Positions 56,724-64,000 of a DNA stretch of 64,000 bases are shown here, piece after piece (the stretch's first letter is position 1; each line of letters starts with the position of its first letter). Below the pieces are notes generated by a model. It saw nothing but the letters and a program-made list of their open reading frames with translations, did no database searches and was not told where the DNA came from. Source of the stretch: a bacterium (lineage in GTDB: Bacteria; Patescibacteriota; Minisyncoccia; Moranbacterales; UBA2206); NCBI GenBank assembly GCA_030654225.1, contig JAURXY010000034.1, forward strand, positions 25,184 to 89,183, in the 5' to 3' direction. The translations under genes and the position numbers were made by a program.

Positions 56724-58382
56724 TTAATTTTCTAATTTATAAATTATAATTCTTCCAAAAACTTTATGCCTTTCTATTTTATACATAGCAAAATAATTAT
56801 CTGCCGCATCTTTCAATTTATCAGTTATATAAAATACTGACTTTGAGGGAGGTGCATCGTTTTTTTTATAATCAAATTCAATGATATCGACATTTTGTCG
56901 TTGAGCTATATACTTTAATGGTGGCAGTAGCGAGAATCTATCACCAGAAATATAAATATCTTTTTGGTTATTTGAATTATCAACTAGGTATCTTATTATC
57001 GATTCAAGCTCTCCTAAAACAGCATAGTGATAATATGCATCGCTTTTCACCCCAGCTTGAAACTTTTTAAATTCATTTTTTATGGAAACTATATTTGTGA
57101 TTATAATAAATAAAATAATAGCAAAGGAAATTACTAAATACTTTTTTGATAGTTTATTGTTTATAAAATCAATCAGAAAACCTAAAAATATAAGTGGGAC
57201 AAAAAAAGTTGGGCTAAAATATCTAAACGAATCAAAGCTTTTGCCAATAATAAAAAGCATAAGTAAAAAGAAAAATGCAATAAATATTGTTATCAATCCC
57301 AGAAAATATTTCTTACCATTATCCTTTTCTCTCCAGAGCAAATAAAGCAAAGAGGCGTATCCAAAAATAGCAAATAGTGCTTGCAGAAAAATGAGGATAA
57401 TAAAATCAGCGGACTTAAGCTCTGCTATTAATGTCTTGGATTTCTTATTTTTCAATATATCACTATATGAAAAATTACAATTTTCACTACCATAAGAAGA
57501 TAGTATGTATAAATTAGCCTCTGCGTGGCAATCAATGTTGTTGACTAATTTTCCTAAAAAATTTTCATTATTGACCCGCTCTGATTTGAAAAGAATTCTT
57601 GTGTTAGAAAAATCATTTTTATATTCACTTATCAAATAACCTAAATTCAAAATAATAACAATCAGTAAGGCGACAGCCAATTTTTTCCATATACTGCGAT
57701 TGCACACAAGTAAATATGAAAAAACTAAGAGGGTGACTGCTGAAAATAAAACGAGAAGCATAATATGAAGCTGGATACCAATTCCAATAGCAATTCCAAC
57801 AGCAACTACCCATATCCAATTGGTTTTTTCTTTATTTAATAGTAATTCCAATAACGAAAACAAAAATAGAATTGTAAAAAAGGGAATCAAGTTAGGATTC
57901 CAAGCAAAGCGAGAATAGCGGATAGAAAAAAAAGATATAGTATAAAGACTAACTAAAATAAGTGTGGTATTTATACTAAAATATCGTTTTAAAAAAATAA
58001 ATAATAATGGGATAGATAAAAAAGAAAAAAATAAATCAGGATATCCGAGCTTTTCTGGTTCGTTTCCAAAAAAATTAGCAGATAAAATTTGAAAGTAATA
58101 ATAAATTGGACCGATGTGAAATAGTTCGTCTTTCGAATCGCTTGATTTTCTCATTGTTGGTCCAAGCAGAGGCCAGCTGGTACTTCCATCCAAAACATCA
58201 CTCACTAAAATTGCATCCCTCAATTGATCATTTTCAAAATGAAGCCAATCATGAAAATTATATGTTCGCAAAAAAATACCTATCAACAAAACAGCCAAAA
58301 GAAACCATAAATATTTTGGGATTGTTTTTATTCTGTTTAATAATTTACTATAATTTATATTTAATTTCATTCTAGGATGCAT
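56724..58382 (-). CDS. ArnT/PMT-like GT-C glycosyltransferase, array A copy 1
   Basis: Same motifs as the other array A copies; start may be 58370. Confidence 0.8.
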   Translation of the reverse strand: MHPRMKLNINYSKLLNRIKTIPKYLWFLLAVLLIGIFLRTYNFHDWLHFENDQLRDAILVSDVLDGSTSWPLLGPTMRKSSDSKDELFHIGPIYYYFQILSANFFGNEPEKLGYPDLFFSFLSIPLLFIFLKRYFSINTTLILVSLYTISFFSIRYSRFAWNPNLIPFFTILFLFSLLELLLNKEKTNWIWVVAVGIAIGIGIQLHIMLLVLFSAVTLLVFSYLLVCNRSIWKKLAVALLIVIILNLGYLISEYKNDFSNTRILFKSERVNNENFLGKLVNNIDCHAEANLYILSSYGSENCNFSYSDILKNKKSKTLIAELKSADFIILIFLQALFAIFGYASLLYLLWREKDNGKKYFLGLITIFIAFFFLLMLFIIGKSFDSFRYFSPTFFVPLIFLGFLIDFINNKLSKKYLVISFAIILFIIITNIVSIKNEFKKFQAGVKSDAYYHYAVLGELESIIRYLVDNSNNQKDIYISGDRFSLLPPLKYIAQRQNVDIIEFDYKKNDAPPSKSVFYITDKLKDAADNYFAMYKIERHKVFGRIIIYKLEN

Positions 58383-58464
58383 AAATATACTATCTTTACA
58401 ATAAGCCTATTTTTAATTATATTATATACAGATAGATTGTCAAAGTTTAATCTCAATAAAAATT

Positions 58465-60342
58465 ATGTCTAAAAAAACAATTCATATCCTAATAATTATT
58501 GTCGTTATTTGCACTAATCTTTTTTTTGGGTTTCCTAGAATTTCCCACTTTACTGCTGGCGATGAAACACTTTGGTCTTATGATCGAGTTCCGAAATTTT
58601 GGCGTAGTGTCGCCAAGGGAAACTGGCGCGGAACAAACTTGTGCGATAAGCCTGGCATAACTCTGGCAATGATTTCCGGGGCTGGATTGCCTTTCATTCC
58701 AGATCCGAGAGATTATGAAAAATTAACTCGACTGCCAAAAACGCCAGAGCAACTGGCTATGATTGAAAAAATTTATTTTTCTCTTCGATTGCCAGTCTAT
58801 CTTTTTACTCTCGCCTCGCTATTTATTTTTTATTTCTTACTCAAACGACTACTCTCAGCAGAAATCGCACTGTTATCAGTCATATTTATCGGGCTATCCC
58901 CAATCCTTCTAGGCATTTCACTTATTGTCAATACTGATGCAATTCTATGGATTTTAATGCCTATCACTTTGGTTAGTTTTCTAATTTACCAAAAAGAACC
59001 TACTTCACCGGCAGACAAGAGTAATCAAAAATTTCTCTATTTAACTGGCTTTCTGCTTGGACTAGCAATTCTTGATAAATTTGTAGCTAATTTTCTGTTT
59101 CCATTTTTGTTAGTTTTGGTTTTTGTTAAATATATTTTGAGTAATTATGTCAAAACAGAAGATAAGATTGAATATTTCAAAAAAGCAATGCGTGATTACT
59201 TAATTATCATTGCAATTGCACTACTAACTATTTTTCTTTTTTATCCATCTGCTTGGATCAAACCCAAAGAACTGCTCAACACTACCATCTATAGTCTGGC
59301 ATTTGCAAAAATATGGCCACTAATCATTGGCACTATCGCAATTATTTCAGCGGATATTTTTCTTTGGAAAAGCACAGTTTCCAGAAAAATTTGTGATTTT
59401 TTTTCAAACCACAAAACAGCTTTCGTTAGAATTTTAAGTGTTATTATTTTAGTCGTAATTGCTTTTACCCTCCTAAACACCTATGTAGGAATGAAATTTT
59501 ACAATTTTGAAAAAATTCTTTCGGATCCAAAAGATGGAGAATTTTTTGAAAATTTTTTCTCAGCTTTTTACCCCTTGCTTTTTGGTCTTACCCCGCTAAT
59601 CTCCTTATTATTTTTGTCATCAATAATATTACTAACAAAAATAAAAAGCACAGAGTTAACAAAAAACATAGGCTCGATGCGCATCCTTCCTTTTATTTTA
59701 TTCGTACTAATCTACTATGTCGCCAATTCAATTTCAAACACGGGGTCAACTATTCGATATCAAATCGTAAATTATCCCATTGCCTCAATAATTGCTGTTA
59801 TAGGATTATGTGAACTAATTGAGATTAAATCAATTAAAAAATATTTTTCTGGAATAAGATTTTATTTTCTTATCTTTTTTATTTTTATAATTTCCATTAT
59901 TTCCCTCGCATTAACAAAACCATTCTTTCTTGCCTATTCTTCAAAACTATTGCCCGCCAAATTCATAACCAATCTGAAGGATATGGGTGATGGTAGCTGG
60001 GAGACATCCCAATATCTAAATAGCCTGCCCAACGCCAACCAACTTAGTATTTGGTCGGACAAAAAACAGGTGTGTGAAAAATTTGTCGGCAAGTGTAACG
60101 CCAGTTCCAACCAGAAATATATTGGAACTTCAAAATTTGATTATTTAGTTTCATCCAGAGGCGGAATAATAAATATCCCAACTTCAAAAAATCAAAAGTC
60201 CGCACTAAGAATTGGTGCTGACATCGTTGACACAAAGAAACTTTATTCACCAAATGAATATTATGACTTTAAAGTAAACATTGATAATAGAGAAAATGAT
60301 TTTATCAAGGTTATTAATCCTACTAAGATACTATCTAATTAA
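58465..60342 (+). CDS. GT-C (PMT/ArnT-like) glycosyltransferase, array B copy 1
   Basis: DE motif (GDETLWSYDRVP), CDKPG, SPILLGISLI and RYQI. Confidence 0.75.
   Translation: MSKKTIHILIIIVVICTNLFFGFPRISHFTAGDETLWSYDRVPKFWRSVAKGNWRGTNLCDKPGITLAMISGAGLPFIPDPRDYEKLTRLPKTPEQLAMIEKIYFSLRLPVYLFTLASLFIFYFLLKRLLSAEIALLSVIFIGLSPILLGISLIVNTDAILWILMPITLVSFLIYQKEPTSPADKSNQKFLYLTGFLLGLAILDKFVANFLFPFLLVLVFVKYILSNYVKTEDKIEYFKKAMRDYLIIIAIALLTIFLFYPSAWIKPKELLNTTIYSLAFAKIWPLIIGTIAIISADIFLWKSTVSRKICDFFSNHKTAFVRILSVIILVVIAFTLLNTYVGMKFYNFEKILSDPKDGEFFENFFSAFYPLLFGLTPLISLLFLSSIILLTKIKSTELTKNIGSMRILPFILFVLIYYVANSISNTGSTIRYQIVNYPIASIIAVIGLCELIEIKSIKKYFSGIRFYFLIFFIFIISIISLALTKPFFLAYSSKLLPAKFITNLKDMGDGSWETSQYLNSLPNANQLSIWSDKKQVCEKFVGKCNASSNQKYIGTSKFDYLVSSRGGIINIPTSKNQKSALRIGADIVDTKKLYSPNEYYDFKVNIDNRENDFIKVINPTKILSN
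58999..59019. mobile_element. Decayed 21-bp micro-insertion
   Basis: cctacttcaccggcagacaag, 16/21 to cctgcctcgccggcaggcagg with transitions only; absent from the paralogues. Confidence 0.7.
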
Positions 60343-60357
60343 ATCTTGCTTTGTTTT

Positions 60358-62253
60358 ATGAAAAATAAAAATATTCCCATTGTTCTAATTTTTATCAGCA
60401 TCATCACCTCTAGCTTGTATTTTGGATTACCGCGTCTCAAAAATTTTTCCGGCGTGGATGAACCGTATTGGTCATATGAACGCGTGCCAACCTTTTGGAA
60501 AGCCATCAAAAATATGAAATGGGAAAAGACTAATATTTGTGACAAGCCAGGGATACCTCTGGCAATAATTTCTGGCACAGGATTGCCATTTATAAGTGGC
60601 AATATTAAGGAGCTAAAAAATCTACGCTATAGCACAAGAACACTCCAGCAACGCGAAGATATAACTGACCTCTATTTCTATCTCCGTCTTCCCATTTTTC
60701 TTTTCACATTAGTTATACTTCCACTTTTTTACTATCTTATTAGAAAATTATTAGGAACTGAAACGGCTGGCTTTGCGCTTATATTCATTGGCTTTTCCCC
60801 TATTCTTCTGGGGATTTCACTCATAATAAATTCAGACGCAATGCTTTGGATTTTTACAGCACTCTCAATTCTGAATCTTTTTGTTTTTTTAAAAAACAAT
60901 AAAAGGAGGTACTTATTGTTTTCAGGTTTTTTTCTCGGACTTTCAGTTATCACTAAATATGTTGCCAATATACTTTTCGTATATTTCTTCTTAATATTCT
61001 TTTTAGAATACATATTTTTTGCTTATAATAAAATTGCCATTGGCAAATATCTTAAATCCGCCCTAGTCAATTATCTCGTCCTTTCCGTCACCGCCCTTGC
61101 TACCGCTTTCGTTTTTTTTCCAGCCACTTGGGTAGATTTTTCAGTTCTTATAAATGCCACCATCGGCAACCTCGTTTTTTCTTCAATATGGCCGATTTTT
61201 GTTGGAATTATGGGTATACTAACTTTAGATATATTAATTTTTAAAACAAAATTTTCAAACTTTCTGTTTAATTTTTTGATTAAATATAAACAAGTATTGA
61301 CAAAAATTATCAGTATCCTATTTCTTATCTTTGCCATAATTGTTTTTCTTCATATATTTTTTAAGATTAATATTTTTGACATTCAAGGAATGGTATCCTC
61401 TCCTAAGGGCATTGGTCAGGATTTGGACACCAGAGATCCCCGATTAGAAAATCTCATATCAGCTTCAAAAGGAATTGGGATCGCAAATATATCCCGCGAA
61501 TATATTGGAGCAATTTTAGCTGATTTTTATAGCCTACTTTTTAGTATCTCTCCAATCGTTCTCTTGGCTATTCTATTCGCAATTATTAATCTAGCACGCA
61601 AAAAAGAAATGACCCGTAATTCCATAGTTGCCCTATATATAATAATTTTTATCCTTCTTTTTTATTTTAGTTCGACTTTCAATAATGTGATTGCCACTGT
61701 GAGATATCAAATTATAATATATCCCTTAGCTTTTATTTTGGCAGCGATTGGGATTTCAGAATTTATGAAGATTGAAATAATTAGAAAGTATATAAATTTA
61801 CCAATCGCATATGCATCATTAATTATCCTGCTTCTCATAAGTCTCTTCTTCGTCAAGCCACACTATCTTGCTTATTCAAGTGAAATTCTACCCGATGCAT
61901 TTCTTGTCAATCTTAAGGGTATGGGAGAAGGTAGTTTTGAAGCTACAAATTATCTAAATAGTCTTCCAAACGCACAGAATATGATCATCTGGACAGACAA
62001 AGGAACTGTATGCGAAAGATTTGCTGGACTTTGCTATACGGACTTCAAACCAAAAACACAACAAAAAAATATTGACTATTTTGTAGTTTCCACAGATAGA
62101 AAATTAAGAACCTTGAAATTAATTGTAAACCCGTCCGATTTACAACAAGCCTACGAAAGCAAAAATCCCGCTTTTGAAGTTTTGATAAACAATAATCCTA
62201 ATAATTTTGTAAAAGTTGTAAAAAGTGATATTATAATCAAATTAAACAAGTAA
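60358..62253 (+). CDS. GT-C glycosyltransferase, array B copy 2
   Basis: GVDEPYWSYERVP, TNICDKPG and NLKGMGEGS. Confidence 0.75.
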   Translation: MKNKNIPIVLIFISIITSSLYFGLPRLKNFSGVDEPYWSYERVPTFWKAIKNMKWEKTNICDKPGIPLAIISGTGLPFISGNIKELKNLRYSTRTLQQREDITDLYFYLRLPIFLFTLVILPLFYYLIRKLLGTETAGFALIFIGFSPILLGISLIINSDAMLWIFTALSILNLFVFLKNNKRRYLLFSGFFLGLSVITKYVANILFVYFFLIFFLEYIFFAYNKIAIGKYLKSALVNYLVLSVTALATAFVFFPATWVDFSVLINATIGNLVFSSIWPIFVGIMGILTLDILIFKTKFSNFLFNFLIKYKQVLTKIISILFLIFAIIVFLHIFFKINIFDIQGMVSSPKGIGQDLDTRDPRLENLISASKGIGIANISREYIGAILADFYSLLFSISPIVLLAILFAIINLARKKEMTRNSIVALYIIIFILLFYFSSTFNNVIATVRYQIIIYPLAFILAAIGISEFMKIEIIRKYINLPIAYASLIILLLISLFFVKPHYLAYSSEILPDAFLVNLKGMGEGSFEATNYLNSLPNAQNMIIWTDKGTVCERFAGLCYTDFKPKTQQKNIDYFVVSTDRKLRTLKLIVNPSDLQQAYESKNPAFEVLINNNPNNFVKVVKSDIIIKLNK

Positions 62254-62291
62254 AGAATAAACATTTTTTATTAATCACTAATTAAAAGAAC

Positions 62292-64000
62292 ATGAAAGAA
62301 AAAATAGCGGTTATTCTAATTTTTCTAAGCATACTAACCTCCAGCCTATATTTCGGACTTCCTCGCCTTAGGAATTTTTCTGGCGTGGATGAACCATATT
62401 GGTCGTATGATCGCGTTCCTCAATTTTGGAACAGCATCAAAACTCAAAATTGGAAAAGTACCAACATTTGCGACAAACCAGGAATACCGCTAGCGATAAT
62501 TTCCGGCACTGGGTTGTCATTTATCTCCCAAGATATCAAAGAATTGGGCAAACTTCGCTATGAACCAAAAACTGTTTCCGAACTCAACGCTATTCGCGAT
62601 ATTTATCACAAACTTCGTTTTCCGGTTTTTATTTTCACGCTTCTGGTCTTGCCGATTTTCTATTTTCTCATCCGAAAATTACTAGGAGAAAACACAGCTA
62701 ATTTTGCCTTGATTTTCATCGGTCTCTCCCCTGTTCTGCTTGGAATTTCACTCATCATCAATTCTGATGCCATACTTTGGATCCTCACCGCCCTTTCAAC
62801 CTTGAGTTTATTCAACTTTTTCAAATCAGATAATAAAAAATATTTGATTTTGTCCGGTTTTATTTTGGGTCTTTCCGTCATTACTAAATATGTAGCCAAT
62901 ATGCTTTTCATCTACTTCTTTTTGCTTTTCTTTTTAGAATATATCTTTTATGCTCACCAAAAAATAGAAGTGGGAAAATATCTAAAACAATCTTTTCTAA
63001 ACTATCTCACTCTATTTGCTAGCGCCATGGCAACAGCCTTCATTTTTTTCCCGGCTACCTGGGTGAAAATTTCCGTCCTCTTCAACGCCACTATTGGAAA
63101 TCCGGTTTTTTCTTCAACTTGGCCGATTTTTATGGGAATAATTTTGCTTTTAGGCGTTGATACATTCCTTTTGAAAAACAAAATATTCTCCTATATTTTC
63201 AAATTCCTAATTCGCTACAAAAGAATTCTTTCCCGCTCAATTGTTGCAATTTTTGTCATTTTTACCATCATTGTCTTTTTGCATGTATTTTTAAAAATAA
63301 ATATTTATAATATTCAAGAATTTATTTCTTCACCCAAAGGAATCGGCATTGATCTTGACACGATTGACGCCAGCGTAAAAACTATCACTTCCACTCAAAA
63401 AATGGGTTCTTTTTGGATTATCGCCAATCAATATGTCGGCTCAATGATTGCTGATCTATACAGCTTGATGTTTAGCATTTCCCCGCTTATCTTGTGCCTT
63501 ATACTTGCGCCGATATTTTTCATTTTTCGCAAAAAAGAAATAGACCGAGATCTGATCACGGTGATCTATATAATTATTTTCATTTTATTTTTCTATCTCG
63601 GTTCCGCCCTTAATAATGTCACCACCACTGTGCGCTATCAAATTATGACTTACCCTTTGGTTTTTGTTATGGCAGCCATCGGAATGGTTCAACTTCTGAA
63701 ATATATAAAAATAAAAGAAAATTTGAAATTTCCCGTGGCTTATATTTTCTCTATCTTAATTCTCCTAACTAGTCTCTTTCAAATCAAGCCTGACTTTCTC
63801 GCTTATGCTTCGGAAATATTGCCGAAAGACTACATCGTCAATTTGAAAGGAATGGGTGAAGGCAGTTTTGAAGCAGGAAGCTATCTCAATACTTTGCCCA
63901 ACGCTCACGAGATGACAATTTGGTCGGACAAGGGAGCGGTGTGCGAAGCTTTTGTTGGCAAGTGTTATATTGATTTCAAAAACAAAACTTTCAAAGAAAA
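62292..64000 (+). CDS. GT-C glycosyltransferase, array B copy 3 (truncated by the window end; not in the ORF track)
   Basis: MKEKIAVILIFLSILTSSLYFGLPRLRNFSGVDEPYWSYDRVPQFW..., collinear with copy 2. Confidence 0.8.
   Translation, partial: MKEKIAVILIFLSILTSSLYFGLPRLRNFSGVDEPYWSYDRVPQFWNSIKTQNWKSTNICDKPGIPLAIISGTGLSFISQDIKELGKLRYEPKTVSELNAIRDIYHKLRFPVFIFTLLVLPIFYFLIRKLLGENTANFALIFIGLSPVLLGISLIINSDAILWILTALSTLSLFNFFKSDNKKYLILSGFILGLSVITKYVANMLFIYFFLLFFLEYIFYAHQKIEVGKYLKQSFLNYLTLFASAMATAFIFFPATWVKISVLFNATIGNPVFSSTWPIFMGIILLLGVDTFLLKNKIFSYIFKFLIRYKRILSRSIVAIFVIFTIIVFLHVFLKINIYNIQEFISSPKGIGIDLDTIDASVKTITSTQKMGSFWIIANQYVGSMIADLYSLMFSISPLILCLILAPIFFIFRKKEIDRDLITVIYIIIFILFFYLGSALNNVTTTVRYQIMTYPLVFVMAAIGMVQLLKYIKIKENLKFPVAYIFSILILLTSLFQIKPDFLAYASEILPKDYIVNLKGMGEGSFEAGSYLNTLPNAHEMTIWSDKGAVCEAFVGKCYIDFKNKTFKE

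Noticed and set aside
1-64000. Alternative genetic code (TGA read as Gly or Trp), or a prophage
   Set aside because: Conserved genes are full length in code 11, TGA ends genes such as pyrG, and no phage structural or integrase genes were recognised.

Overview
AT-rich bacterial chromosome segment using the standard genetic code, with AT-rich leaders and few Shine-Dalgarno-like motifs. Gene content and style suggest a Patescibacteria/CPR (Parcubacteria-like) genome; this is inference. The first ~36 kb holds housekeeping genes (rplU, recR, dnaB, dus, cysS, corA, yidD, obgE, fmt, def, priA, gltX, iscU/iscS/Rrf2, pyrH, rpmA, pyrG, rplI, S41 protease), rmlC/rmlB and two atypical tRNA-like genes. 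The rest (36.1-64 kb) is a surface-glycan region with GT2/GT4 enzymes, an LCP protein, an O-antigen-ligase-like protein, a flippase and seven tandem GT-C paralogues. Two things stand out. (1) A dense set of tiny palindromic elements. A 348-bp unit carries a stand-alone GIY-YIG nuclease between hairpin inverted repeats, and gene-less copies with the same ends occur elsewhere. About 17 palindromic inserts of 21-66 bp sit in frame inside conserved proteins (RmlB, Dus, PriA, GltX, TagA, Tmk-like and others). Several have matched filled and empty sites in this window, show no consistent target-site duplication, and some are nested. (2) A divergent RtcB-like ligase and a thymidylate-kinase-like protein are tightly packed between a glycosyltransferase and a flippase, suggesting RNA-ligase chemistry repurposed for glycan modification. 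Functional calls come from motif recognition by eye; no database searches were run.
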